In this document: positions 28,937 through 39,895 of the stretch, one piece after another | Position numbering within the stretch: the first letter of the stretch is position 1 | Layout: the number at the start of each line of letters is the position of its first letter | DNA from: a virus | Direction: 5' to 3' (one strand) | Length of the DNA stretch: 64,000 nucleotides | IMG/VR virus record: IMGVR_UViG_3300007734_000755 | Location: 1 to 64,000 of that record | The notes under the pieces: generated by a model | Databases searched by the model: none | What the model was told of the DNA's origin: nothing | Seen by the model: only the letters and a program-made list of their open reading frames with translations | Program-made: the position numbers and the translations under genes

Positions 28937-29116
28937 CTACTGAGCTAAGTTAATATTATACATTAGTGACCCATTCCACCACCATTCCTTGGCAGCTATA
29001 GAATCATAGGCTGGCAAATGATTATCTCTATGGAGGCGACCATTCAATCTCCATATTTTATATGAGTGTATCTGATTTATAACCAACTCTATTTTCTTTG
29101 GGCTACCGGGGTTCAT
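28937..29116 (-). CDS. LHRDNDLPA-family small protein (59 aa, below ORF-track cutoff)
   Basis: MNPGSPKKIELVI...RLHRDNHLPAY. Confidence 0.65.
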   Translation of the reverse strand: MNPGSPKKIELVINQIHSYKIWRLNGRLHRDNHLPAYDSIAAKEWWWNGSLMYNINLAQ

Positions 29117-29118
29117 TA

Positions 29119-30414
29119 TTAGTGAGACTCCTCTAAATCTACGTAATCCGCATTATCCTTGGCCATTCCTTCCATAACCTTAAAAGCAAAGCTCTTTGAT
29201 TTTAGAACATATGGACCAGGATATCCCTCTCCTCTAATACAAACACCCTCTCTGATGTGGCGTTGGTCAATGGTAGATGACCCGTCAGTTACAGATTCAA
29301 CAAGCTCTCTCAACTTATCTTCGTCACCATCATAAATGAATGAATCGTAAACCTCAGGAACATGCTTAATTCCAAGTTCCGAACAACGCTTCTTAACGCC
29401 TTCCCAAGAAAGGTCAACGCAGAATCCGTCCTCATTTAGGTGAGCAATTCTGTAGACAAAAACATCTGACTGTCCGTCGCTGCAACCATAGGAATAGTTC
29501 ATCTTATTCCCGTAGGCTCGCTGAAACTGCTTGTCCTTCATCGACTTTGGATCGCCGGGTGGCATAACAGGAGTTCCATCCTTAACCCAGCCAACTACCT
29601 CAAAGAACAGCATTTCATACTTATGAAGTTTCCCCTCTAAGTCTTTGACGGCCTTGAACCTAAACGTTTCATCTCCGTAATAACTTTGACGGCTATCCTC
29701 AATAGAGCGAAGAGTAATATTTCTGGTTCCTACAATATGTCCCCACTTCTTTTCTGGTCTTAGACCAATCTTCTGGCTAAACCATCCCCAACTCCACTTG
29801 GGGTAAGTGTATTTTTCCTCAACAAAGGCAAATCTTTGAGAAGTACCATGTAATTTCTCAGTAATAGAGACCAACGAACCCTTCTTCAGCTTCCAGACAC
29901 TATTTCTAAAGATGTCTGTATCAAAGTGCTTAGGAAATGCGAGAATTTCTCTCTTCATAAGTTCATTTTGCTTCTTCTTATTTTCTTTTCCTGCGGCTCT
30001 TTGGGTCGCCTGCGTTACATACTTATTACAAATTGCAATGCCGTTTAGAACCTCAAACTTATCGTGCTCCTTCAGCTTAGAAAGATCCGCTCCGGTAAAT
30101 TCAAGATTTGATAGTGGACACCAAAACCCATCAGATTTAACTCCTCGGAATTTCTGGGCACGGACTCTACGATTCTCCTCAAAGAAGCCGCCCTTAGTTT
30201 CCCCGGTTAGGGGATCCTTATATCGAACAAGATCGTTTGCTGTTGCAAACTCCACGCTTAGCTGACCATCAGTTTCAAAGAAAACTCCGAGGTCTCCCTC
30301 AAGGATTTTTCTCGAAACAACAACGGTGTTACCAACAACATTTCCCGAGGAAATATGATCCGACTTGGGAATAGCTTCAACGCTCTTGATTCTTGCTACG
30401 ATTGCACTATACAT
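29119..30414 (-). CDS. RNA ligase (Rnl2/DRB0094-like, N-terminal OB-like domain)
   Basis: TEKLHGTS motif I, FFEVVG, VFVYRI, REGVCI, LKSKS. Confidence 0.85.
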   Translation of the reverse strand: MYSAIVARIKSVEAIPKSDHISSGNVVGNTVVVSRKILEGDLGVFFETDGQLSVEFATANDLVRYKDPLTGETKGGFFEENRRVRAQKFRGVKSDGFWCPLSNLEFTGADLSKLKEHDKFEVLNGIAICNKYVTQATQRAAGKENKKKQNELMKREILAFPKHFDTDIFRNSVWKLKKGSLVSITEKLHGTSQRFAFVEEKYTYPKWSWGWFSQKIGLRPEKKWGHIVGTRNITLRSIEDSRQSYYGDETFRFKAVKDLEGKLHKYEMLFFEVVGWVKDGTPVMPPGDPKSMKDKQFQRAYGNKMNYSYGCSDGQSDVFVYRIAHLNEDGFCVDLSWEGVKKRCSELGIKHVPEVYDSFIYDGDEDKLRELVESVTDGSSTIDQRHIREGVCIRGEGYPGPYVLKSKSFAFKVMEGMAKDNADYVDLEESH

Positions 30415-30422
30415 TGTATCTC

Positions 30423-31190
30423 CTAATCTTCTTCTGGCGTTAGCCCATAATGGGTTAACAGTTCATTATTTTGAATTGCTCCAGCCTTCAGAAGAACATC
30501 CTTTGCTTCCTCAAGCCCAAAATCAAAACTGTCGTATTCGAACACGCTTTCCATAAGGCAAGTAAAACCAAGGGCTTCTGCTTCCTCATCTAAATCATGA
30601 GAATCGTCATAACACTTTTCCGCATCCCAAAGTTCTCTTTGTGTAATAGTAACACATGCGCCCTCATCAGGGTCGTTCGAGAAGGCGAAGTAACAATCTT
30701 TAATCAACATTCTATTTTCCTTTAAGTTTGTTTTTTTCTACACAAGAACCGTTATTATACCACAATCCAATTCTTTCAAAATTCCCAAACGGGAACTGTA
30801 TAACTTGAGCAGGGAGATCGTTATCTCGATGTAAATCGTTTGTTTGGTTGTACCACGAAACAACCAGTTGATTGAAACTAACTACTAGTTTAATCTTTTT
30901 CGTCTTCATTTTCATTAATCCAAAATCTTGCTAACTTGGAATTGCGCAACTTCCTCAATCTTAAGGCTGGTCGTGCTGCCAACATAAAACAGGGTAAAAT
31001 CCGGATATTTCTTAATCTCCACAACAATTCCCGTTCTGGCGCATTGAAAGTCATATTCAATAAACTGGTGGAGTTTTACCTGCTCTGGCGGGACTGGGTT
31101 AATTAGCTCCCCATTAAGCTTCACGCTGTAGATTTCGCTATTATCCTCAGCCATTTCAATTTCATAGTTGAGTTGGAGATTGTCTTCCAT
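30423..31190 (-). CDS. three small proteins (30423..30710, 30712..30915 LHRDNDLPA family, 30915..31190)
   Basis: abutting ORFs. Confidence 0.6.
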
Positions 31191-31238
31191 CTTGTTACCT
31201 GTCTTATTACTGTTTGAGTTGCTATTAATTATGACTTC

Positions 31239-31312
31239 GGTCGGCGGAGAAAGAATTGAACTTCCATCTTGCGCGTATCAGACGCAGGCCCGAACCGTTA
31301 GACGATCCGCCG
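31239..31312 (-). tRNA. tRNA-Ile(GAT)
   Basis: acceptor CGGCGGA/TCCGCCG; loop CTGATAC. Confidence 0.85.
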
Positions 31313-31330
31313 TTTCTTGTCTATGTCCAC

Positions 31331-31359
31331 ATTATAGCTGTCGGAAGGAATCTTGTCAA
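31331..31359 (-). promoter_or_regulatory. consensus sigma70 promoter
   Basis: TTGACA-17-TATAAT. Confidence 0.85.
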
Positions 31360-31476
31360 GCGGCCATTATTCAAAGACAACCCTTATAAGATTATTTTCT
31401 CTATCAATTTTATTGTTCTTAAACCAAACCTTCTTGTTTCTATCCATAGAACGATATATTATAAGCTTTATTTTCT

Positions 31477-32220
31477 TCATCTCTTACTCATTTCTTGGAT
31501 ATATGAGAAAATTCTTGTTCTAATCTTATTCAGAACTCTCGGATTGCTTACATTAATGAGCGGAGCGAACTGTGCCAATTCCGAGGATATGTCCTCATTG
31601 GACAATGATAGGCTCAATTGTTTCAATGCTCCACCATTCCCAAATAACTTTAACATCCTTTCAGCTATCTGATGTGCGAAGGCATCAACTTCAGTTGGTA
31701 ACGAGAAATACTTCTCTGCATCCTTACCGCCATATACCTGTCTCTTATCCTTCCGTCTGTCTCTCTCTGCTCGTCCCAATGATACCACCTTGTTGGTAGC
31801 CTGTCTATGGAGCTGATAAGAATGAATAAGTTCATGACGAATAACCTCTGCCAGTTGTTGGTTAGCAACCTTTGGATTATAATTCTCTATTTCAGAGATG
31901 TCGCCAGAGTAAAGGAATAGAAGGATCGTCTCCCTTCCAGCATAATCTCCATTGTGTTCCGCATACGCCAATATAATTTCGGTATCCTCTGGTATGGGAG
32001 AATCCTTGAGGACTCTAACTCTAATAGCAATATCCAGCCCAGATTGTTCAAGCGCCCCTCTTATGGCTCCCTCTAGGGAGCTAGATAGTGGGGTCTTCCC
32101 CCTATTCAGAGAGTAATCGTCATTCTGTAACTTCCAGAATTCAGAATCGTCTAAGCTGTGTTCTAGGGTTTTATATATTGATTTTGGTAGATGCGAGAGT
32201 TCTTTTAGGAGAGTGTTCAT
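31477..32220 (-). CDS. HExxH metallopeptidase-like protein
   Basis: IRHELIHSYQ...EVDAFA. Confidence 0.7.
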   Translation of the reverse strand: MNTLLKELSHLPKSIYKTLEHSLDDSEFWKLQNDDYSLNRGKTPLSSSLEGAIRGALEQSGLDIAIRVRVLKDSPIPEDTEIILAYAEHNGDYAGRETILLFLYSGDISEIENYNPKVANQQLAEVIRHELIHSYQLHRQATNKVVSLGRAERDRRKDKRQVYGGKDAEKYFSLPTEVDAFAHQIAERMLKLFGNGGALKQLSLSLSNEDISSELAQFAPLINVSNPRVLNKIRTRIFSYIQEMSKR

Positions 32221-32228
32221 ATAAATAA

Positions 32229-32717
32229 TTAGTTTTGAATAATCAAAGGCGCGTCCCAGTCTGAATCGAATTCATAATCTTCTGAGGAAGATTTCACCTT
32301 TGGAGCAGGTATCCTGTGCCCTTCTCTATACCAGGCTTCATAACCTGAATTATTGACTCTCGCTGGGCCGTTGATTCTATGAATTTTTCCTTCCTTATAC
32401 CACAAACCTTCACCATCTGAATGCATGACAGCGGGAAGATCATTATCTCTGTGTAGAGTATCATCCTTATACCAAATAGTCACGCTTTTAAGGAGCTTTT
32501 TTCCTATTTTCTTAATCATTCGATTTACTCAGTAAAAGTTTTTTTTACGATATTGCGCCCCATCCTTATAATATAATTGGACACCAACAAAATCTATATA
32601 GGCAGGAAGGTCGTTATCTCTGTGTAGGCAATTGTTTTTAAACCAAAAGTTGCTAATAGTACCGTCATAGTAAACGTTTATTTCTTTCGATATTATTTTT
32701 TTATTCTTCATTACCAA
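32229..32717 (-). CDS. two LHRDNDLPA-family proteins (32229..32519, 32529..32717)
   Basis: LHRDNDLPA in both. Confidence 0.7.
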
Positions 32718-32863
32718 AGTCTTACCGCCCTTAATCCGTTTGCCTTATAAAAACAATAATCACAATTTTCCTGATCTAGAACCCACCAAATTACTTGGCA
32801 TGTTGTTTCATCTTGATTTCTAAAGATTTGAACTTCTATTTTCTTAATCTTCATCTTATTCCT

Positions 32864-32952
32864 TGGCGGAAACTAAGGGATTCGAACCCTTGGAGGCTAT
32901 AAACCCCGCTAGTTTTCTAGACTAGTGCCGTAAACCACTTGGCTAAATTTCC
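32864..32952 (-). tRNA. tRNA-Ser(AGA)
   Basis: class II cloverleaf, G73, CCA; CTAGT-CTAGAAA-ACTAG. Confidence 0.88.
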
Positions 32953-33036
32953 CAATGGGACTTCCACCCGATGTTTGGCATACTCGTTAAATGAGTACAA
33001 TGCCAATCTGCAACACTTTTGGCTGTTACTACCTAG

Positions 33037-33109
33037 CGGGCTGGGCGGGACTCGAACCCACGTCTCAAGGTTTTGGAGGCCCGTATCTTAGCCGCTGGAA
33101 CACCAACCC
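33037..33109 (-). tRNA. tRNA-Trp(CCA)
   Basis: loop CTCCAAA; good acceptor and T arm, weak anticodon stem. Confidence 0.8.
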
Positions 33110-33128
33110 ATCTATATTTAGTCCTCTG

Positions 33129-33217
33129 TGGCGGAAACGGCGGGTAACGATCCCACTCGAGCTATTAACCCCTAGAAGTTTAGCAAACTTCCCTCTTATC
33201 CTATTGAGTACGTTCCC
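33129..33217 (-). tRNA. tRNA-Ser(GCT)
   Basis: class II cloverleaf; loop TTGCTAA; atypical T loop ATCGTTA; CCA. Confidence 0.85.
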
Positions 33218-33232
33218 GACGCTTCAAGTTAT

Positions 33233-34970
33233 CTAGTATGGAGGAATATCCTCGGCATCCCAGGTGTGAGAATAAACGCCTCTCTCGAGTATGTGGCATA
33301 AAAAAGCTGGTAGGTCGATTTCTCTTTCTCCGTTGACTTCAGAGAAACTCTTGATTTCTCCGTCCTCGTTCGAGGGAAAGACAAGAACTTCTACCGGAGC
33401 TATTCTTTCTACACTTTGACTCACAATAAAATATTGTTCGTTTTCCTTTACAAGAACCTGTCTTTCGTTTATAGCTCTAATCAGTTCAGTCATTGTATCT
33501 CCTAACTACAGGGATAAAACCCTGGACCAGTAAAGGTATCTACTTCCCAACTCTTGGGGTCAGTAAAATACTCCAAAGTCCCCATCTCGTGAGGAGTGCC
33601 AACTCCGCTATTGGCAAGAACCATAGCTTCCCATTCATTCTCTGCCTCTACAACCGTAGGAGTAATTCTCATCTTCTCTACATTAACAATATATTTCTTC
33701 ATTGTAATTCCTTTTTAATTATCATATTGTTCAAGCTGTTCGCCTGAGAAATTAAACATCTTAGTATCCAGGTCGTTCTCTGTTAGAACCTCATAAAGGT
33801 ATTCGTTGCTTTTCTTGAGAAAGATAATCTCCGAAACAATAAGGCATTCGTCACCCACTAGAATAACCTCGTCGATATCAAGATTTTCTCTTTCCTGATT
33901 TGGCTTGATATTAATCCCCATAGTCGGAGAAGCCACTCGTACCAAATCTCCAACCTTAAAAATCGCTTCCTTCTGTTTCATTCTCCCCTCGTTTCAAGAT
34001 AATGCTTGTGAACCGAAAATTCCCTTCCAAAGGATTGATCACCAAACGGTGAGATAACATTTGTATCTGGATATTTTCCAGAGTTAATAACCAGGAACGG
34101 CAGATCTATAAACTCTTCCATTCTCCAGTTGACATCTAGGATTTCTTTCCTTAGAAAGACAACATCTCCAATCTTCAACTCAACATCTTTCTTCAACATC
34201 TTCTTAATCTTTGCCAGCAAAGAAATTCTTGCTGGTCTGTCCATATATGTTGTTGCAAATTCTTCGTTCACTGCACAAACAGCCTTTACAAAATCATTTG
34301 TGTCAAATGGCATGTTAAATTCCTAGCGATTATACTTCTTGCTTTTTTTTGGAAGCAGTGCTGAAGAACGAATCTCGAAAGTTTTTTGGTCTTCCATTAA
34401 GTTTGGGTTGATTAGTTCATAGTGAAGAACAAAATCCTTCTCTGGCAGAGAGGAAACATTGAGAACCAAATAGGCTGTTTCCTTTTCAAACCAATTTTTA
34501 CTTCTATTTTGTGTAGTATCTCTGGCGTAAACAAGGTCACCGCAAGAATGTTCTGGTTGTTCATTGAAATTACTAATAATCTTTTGTGCCCACGCAGACT
34601 CTACGCTCTTTTCATAAATGTTTTGTGGACAGACCCATTCCGGATTTGTATAATTCTTAGCGAGGATAGAAGAGTTATAATGAGCCGCATAATACCGGCC
34701 CATAATATTCACGTTGCGTTTGCGCTCATCATCCATAGATGATTCCCACAGTTTTTCCTGTTCTAGAACTTCCTGTGGAGGAAAACATTCCGCCCAAAAC
34801 TTATCTACCCAAACAACCTGTTTTTCACTAAGTTCTTTCTTCTCTGCTTGAGCTTTAATTGATTCAACAAATGAGCGGCTAGACACCCTCAACCGAGGGT
34901 TGATTAGAATTTTCTCTAGCTTTTCAATATTAGTTAGGTCTGACATATATACCAACATTCTTGTATTCAA
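33233..34970 (-). CDS. five hypothetical proteins (33233..33493, 33502..33702, 33715..33981, 33978..34313, 34323..34970)
   Basis: abutting ORFs; several contain KOW/SH3-like GDxV motifs. Confidence 0.6.
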
Positions 34971-35013
34971 TAGGTTTGTTCTGGTGGCTGCGTCGAGCTA
35001 ACCACTCCCCACA

Positions 35014-35042
35014 AGTATAGTGTAGGAGTGGTTAGTCGTCAA
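35014..35042 (-). promoter_or_regulatory. sigma70-type promoter overlapped by an inverted repeat
   Basis: TTGACG-17-TATACT; CTAACCACTCC/GGAGTGGTTAG. Confidence 0.7.
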
Positions 35043-35050
35043 GCCCGGTA

Positions 35051-36286
35051 TTAAGCAGCCTTCTTTCTTTCAATGACAATCATCATCTCATTTGGCCGAG
35101 GGTCGAAATATGGGCGACCAGCACAATCCTTAGTCGTCATCCACATTCTTTGGCACTTAGAGGCCACCGGCTTTTCTGCACACATATCAGTTAGAATGAT
35201 ATGTCCGTCGAACTTCTTGCTATTCACATAGATGGTCGGAGAAGAAAAGTTGGTGCCGCCACAGAGAACTCGTTCGCGCTTACGATGTTCGCCCTTTTTC
35301 CAGGTATAGATTTTATCCTCAAACACCCTATCATCAAAGGGGACAACCACGAATGTTGCCAGCTTAGAAAGAGAGTTAAGCTCCTCAAAGAACATGGAAA
35401 GCATTTCATCACTTACAGAACCAGATTGGTCGATCGAAATTGCAATGTTGGCAACTCTGTTGACTTTTCTGCCGGGGTTGACCGACATGACCCCAATATT
35501 GGATGAATACTCGTGAGTTCTCTTATCAATTTTTCTGCGAGAGTTGGACTTGTCTGCTCGCTGCGCTCTACCAATAAAGAGCTTGAGAACTCGCTTCCAG
35601 TCGATATACGACTCCAGCATTCTCTTAATCTCTTCTCTAACCTTATTGGACATCGTACCCCAGCCCTTAGCGTTAGCTTTTTCGGCTGCGTCCTTTACAT
35701 ATTCCTTGATTCTTTCATTTGCAGTTTCAGCTTCAATGCCGTCGCCAGAACCATTTGCCCAACCATCGTGGTTATCAAATTGCCCCTCACCCATGCCTTC
35801 GCCCTCACCGCCGCCACCCTCTCCATTCTTGTCAAGCTTTACCTTGTCCAGAATCTTGCGGAAATAGAATTCGGCACCTTCCATACTCGGAAAGTCCTCA
35901 AAGCCCTTTCCACCAGGAATACAGCAATTCTCCGGAAGATTTTGCGCACCAATCAAGCAGTTAATTGAAAGGTCAGTGGCAATGTTCCAGAACTTAAAGA
36001 AACGCTCTGGGTCCTGAATAACAAGAGCAGGTCTGCGATTTGAAACATGGCGAAAGACAAGGTGATAGAATTCGTGAACAATAACACCTCGACGTTGACA
36101 ATCACTAAGATTGTCAAAGAAGGATGGATTATAGAGAAACTCGTATTGCATAGCTTCTCGGTTAAGACCAACAGCAGCTGTTGGAATGGCGTTTGTCGCA
36201 ATCTTCTCAACTCTGCGAGAGAGTGCAGCAAAAAACGGCTCTTCCTTGAGAAGGCGCGCAATATCAATATTCAAATCGTAAGCCAT
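35051..36286 (-). CDS. DUF2201-type metallopeptidase plus VWA domain protein (MoxR partner)
   Basis: HEFYH, WNIATDLSIN, DQSGS MIDAS, GGTNF, ILTD; start moved to ATG 36286 behind promoter 36323-36351 (TTGACG-17-TACACT). Confidence 0.88.
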   Translation of the reverse strand: MAYDLNIDIARLLKEEPFFAALSRRVEKIATNAIPTAAVGLNREAMQYEFLYNPSFFDNLSDCQRRGVIVHEFYHLVFRHVSNRRPALVIQDPERFFKFWNIATDLSINCLIGAQNLPENCCIPGGKGFEDFPSMEGAEFYFRKILDKVKLDKNGEGGGGEGEGMGEGQFDNHDGWANGSGDGIEAETANERIKEYVKDAAEKANAKGWGTMSNKVREEIKRMLESYIDWKRVLKLFIGRAQRADKSNSRRKIDKRTHEYSSNIGVMSVNPGRKVNRVANIAISIDQSGSVSDEMLSMFFEELNSLSKLATFVVVPFDDRVFEDKIYTWKKGEHRKRERVLCGGTNFSSPTIYVNSKKFDGHIILTDMCAEKPVASKCQRMWMTTKDCAGRPYFDPRPNEMMIVIERKKAA

Positions 36287-36390
36287 GATGTGTACCTGTC
36301 GGTCTTGATTGACCATGAGTAGAGTGTAGCCCACCTGACCATTTGCGTCAAACCGGGCCATATAGAGCTAATTCTCCACCGGGAGAATCG

Positions 36391-38573
36391 TTATAGATAT
36401 TTATTCTTAAAATCGTGCCAATAAGAAGTCATCTTCTTAATTGAGGTTAGAAATTCGTCTAGACTTACATCGTCAGGGTGTGGAATACCCGAGTGGGTTC
36501 CCCAAAAATGATCTTGGGCCTCTACTCTTACTACTCCAGCCTGGTCCAATAATTGTTCCCGCGCACCATTTATCCAAAGATCTACCAGGGTTTTATATTC
36601 TGGAATATTTGAATACATACACTTATATTGATCCAGACACCCAAAATAGCCCTTCTTATCTTCTTCAACTTCCGCCGGAGTTGGGTTTCTACTTCCGGCT
36701 ATCAACTGGTAGCGTTGCTTCTTAACATCCAACCACCATTGAATTTCCTCGTCGCTATAGCGTCTTTCTTTGACTGGGATTCCGCATCCGCAAAAGAAAC
36801 AAGCATCATCCTTTGTGATACTTACTTGGGACACTACCCGATACTTTCCAAACTGTCGCCAACGAACATCCATTTTACAAATTCTGTGAGCAAAACCGCC
36901 GCAGGGATCATACCAGATTTCTCCTAATTTATGAGGTTGTAACTCCCAGCCTTCAAAATTGCCAGCTCCATCCCAGCCGCCAGACCATTTCTTGTATTGT
37001 CGCTTCTTAAGTCTGCCTCGATATGGTCTGTTTGGCGTAGATGTAAGCTCCGCTACCCAAGTGGCATAGGGCTTATTATAATTAAGATCCTTGTATGGTT
37101 TGTGACCGGGAGGCTCATATCCATCTGGTCGAAGGATGTGTTTTTTAGACATCGGAAAGCTTTTCCTCTAATTCCTTTAGTTCTGCACCAATTTCTAAGA
37201 TCTCGGATTCAAGGAAATTAGATCTGACAAGGCAATTTTCATGCTCTACTTGAGTGGATGCAAGATCTCGTTTTAGAGAGGAGATTTTATATCGGAGATG
37301 TTCCTTAGTATCTTGTTTGTTGTACAACTCTACACAGGTTTCGGGATCGAGTTCAACAATCTCAATCTTGTAAACTTTTTCGATTTTTGCTTCATCTTCT
37401 AGAAGATGACGAACGTCCTCACCAGACGTTAGGGCATCCTTAACCGAGGTTGAAACTTCTTCTATTGTATCAAATATTTGACTAGTTTCGATTTCCAGCG
37501 ATGGAAACGTTGTTCTTTTAACTACCCACATTTTGGCCTCTCAATTTTTCTTTTAACTCAGCGACCCGAGCCTCTCTCTCTGCAATCCTTGTTTTTAGGA
37601 TAGACAAGCAACAACGATGATATCGCTCTTCTTCTCTACTTTCGTCCAAGTAACTTTCCGCGTCATCCAAGGCTTCTTTAATCTCTTCTCTTTCGTCGTC
37701 AGTCATTTTACAATTTCATCCTTATAATTTTTTCCATTTTAGAAACTCTCCAGATGAATCTTAAGAATATGAACACGGTGTTCATATTCTTCTATTTGTC
37801 GTTCATCATATTTAATGATTGCAATTGATCTGTTGTTATATTGATCATCAAGCAGGGTTTTTTTCCATTGTTCAAGAATCTTTTCCGCTTCATCGAGCTG
37901 TTCTTGATATTTCTTCTTTAAGAGAGCTTCTTCGAACTTATACTTCTTTGGAATTTTAACTTTACTCACCATACCCTCGTCCATAAATTAGTTGACTTGT
38001 AGTGTAGGGCGAAACCATCCCAACCATCCACTGCGAAGTAAACCTCATATTGAGACAAACCCCATCTATCATCTAACTCCCAATCAACTATAATTCCCTG
38101 GTCTGGTCTATCAATATTCCAATTTGGATTATTTGACCATTGTTCCATGGGATGTAGCACTCGACGACCAACCCAGGTCTGTTGTGGAAGGGAATTCAAC
38201 TGTACCAACCCGCAGGTTATATGAGCATAAACCTTTCTTGTAAAGTTCTTATCGTGTTTTTCGTATCGAGCAATTGTCCCGCCGCAGAAAATACATCCAC
38301 GGCGAATCTGGCTTCCAGATACCTGCCTACGCCATTTATTTCCAATCAGTCTGCTGTCCGTTGTCGTTATCATAGAGATAATCCCAGTTCAAATGCTGCG
38401 AATAGACAGCCCACAAGCATAGTGAGAGCAGAAAGGATTAGTTCGTTCCGCTGCGAGGAAAGCCATTCAATTTCTGAATCAATTTGAACTAATCTGATAT
38501 CGCGAGATAAATCTTCCAGCAACTGATTAATTTCTTCTTCTAACTCTAGCGAATCCATTTTTTTGTTCTCCAA
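36391..38573 (-). CDS. six hypothetical proteins (36391..37152, 37145..37531, 37518..37706, 37739..37984, 37966..38373, 38370..38573)
   Basis: overlapping stop/start chain; coiled-coil and CxxC features. Confidence 0.6.
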
Positions 38574-38577
38574 GCAG

Positions 38578-38619
38578 GCAAGGGTTATCGTGGAGAACCT
38601 ACTCCACGATAACCCTTGC
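38578..38619 (-). terminator. 18-bp perfect hairpin downstream of moxR
   Basis: GCAAGGGTTATCGTGGAG-aaccta-CTCCACGATAACCCTTGC. Confidence 0.7.
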
Positions 38620-38633
38620 TGATTCCCTATCTC

Positions 38634-39704
38634 TTAGACAACCTTGCCAGTAAGAATCCGGACAGCGTGAAGGCTGGCCTTGCCCTTGCTGGTTTCCTGC
38701 TTCATGATAAGCTGGTTGTTCAGCTTACCAAAGACGCCCGCAATCTTGGTCGCGGCTTCCGAGGGAAGGTTGACGTAGTATTCTGCCACGTTCTTTGCCT
38801 CTTCTTCCTTAAGCTGGCGGTCAAACACCTTGCTCGCGCCCATCTTTTCGATTAGGGCCAGATGCTCATTAAGCGAGAACTTCTTGGTCATCTTTTGAGC
38901 CTTGCCATTCAGAACATCCTCAACCTTAACCTGACGGTCATAGTTACGGATAAAGTCCGCGAAGCTGGTTGCAGCCTCAAACCCAACGAAACCCTGAACC
39001 AGAGCCTGCATTTCAGGAGTGCAACCCTTTTCTAGGAGCTTAGAACGGGTCAGGGTGTCACTAACTCTGGCCCACGAACGGCGCGAGGGATAAACCTTAT
39101 TCGGTTCGAACGTATCCGAGTGCTCAAGATGATTGCGATTGTTATTGATAAAGTCCCAGACTTCAACGGCAATCTTCTCCTTGCCCCAAGTTAGCCAATC
39201 CTCAACAGTCGGCTCCAAGTCGAAGCAGGTATAACGATCCAACTCTGCAATATCCATGTCAGAAACCTGATAGTTGCTGCCGTGGATGCCACCGTTGACC
39301 GCCGAGAAAATCAGAGTATCGGGGTGAAGAGTATTGCCAGCCAGCTTACGGCTATCGGTCAACTCAAATAGGCCCTGACGAACTTCCTGCGTACCACGAT
39401 CTACTTCGTCGAAGAACAGAACAACCGCTTCGCGGCAGGCGCGAGCCAACCAGTCGGGCGATGCCCAGCGAGTAAAGATCTTGCCCGTTTCGTCCTTATC
39501 CATGACCGGGAGACCAATCAGGTCGCCCTCAGTCATTTGAGACGCTCTACGTTCAACTACCGGAAGGTGGACGACATCATTTGCAAACTGGTATACCAGT
39601 TGCGATTTGCCAATGCCGTGACGGCCACGCATAAGGACTGGAAAACGAGCATCAGTGACCGACTTGACGATAGACATGAAGGTCGAAAAAGAAATTGTAG
39701 CCAT
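38634..39704 (-). CDS. MoxR-family AAA+ ATPase
   Basis: GRHGIGKS Walker A, LFFDEVDR Walker B, AVN sensor, PSRRSW; start at ATG 39704. Confidence 0.9.
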   Translation of the reverse strand: MATISFSTFMSIVKSVTDARFPVLMRGRHGIGKSQLVYQFANDVVHLPVVERRASQMTEGDLIGLPVMDKDETGKIFTRWASPDWLARACREAVVLFFDEVDRGTQEVRQGLFELTDSRKLAGNTLHPDTLIFSAVNGGIHGSNYQVSDMDIAELDRYTCFDLEPTVEDWLTWGKEKIAVEVWDFINNNRNHLEHSDTFEPNKVYPSRRSWARVSDTLTRSKLLEKGCTPEMQALVQGFVGFEAATSFADFIRNYDRQVKVEDVLNGKAQKMTKKFSLNEHLALIEKMGASKVFDRQLKEEEAKNVAEYYVNLPSEAATKIAGVFGKLNNQLIMKQETSKGKASLHAVRILTGKVV

Positions 39705-39770
39705 TATAAAACCTCTAATTAATAAAAGAAACCAAGGAACTGTGGGACTTGAACCGCTCAAGACACCCTC

Positions 39771-39887
39771 ATCTTATAGCACCCTGTCATTCTCGTCAAG
39801 GACGCTTGTGAAAGCCCGTTTCCGGGCATCGACTAGCATCTCTGCTCATCGTGTCCCCATCTTAGCAAGGTGACACATTTCTGTCAA
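39771..39887 (-). promoter_or_regulatory. two tandem sigma70 promoters
   Basis: TTGACG-17-TAAGAT (39771-39799) and TTGACA-17-TAAGAT (39859-39887). Confidence 0.75.
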
Positions 39888-39895
39888 GGATGACA

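Noticed and set aside
32955-33030. Additional tRNA between Ser(AGA) and Trp
   Set aside because: Has a T-loop-like GGG-TGGAAGT-CCC and one hairpin but no acceptor stem could be formed
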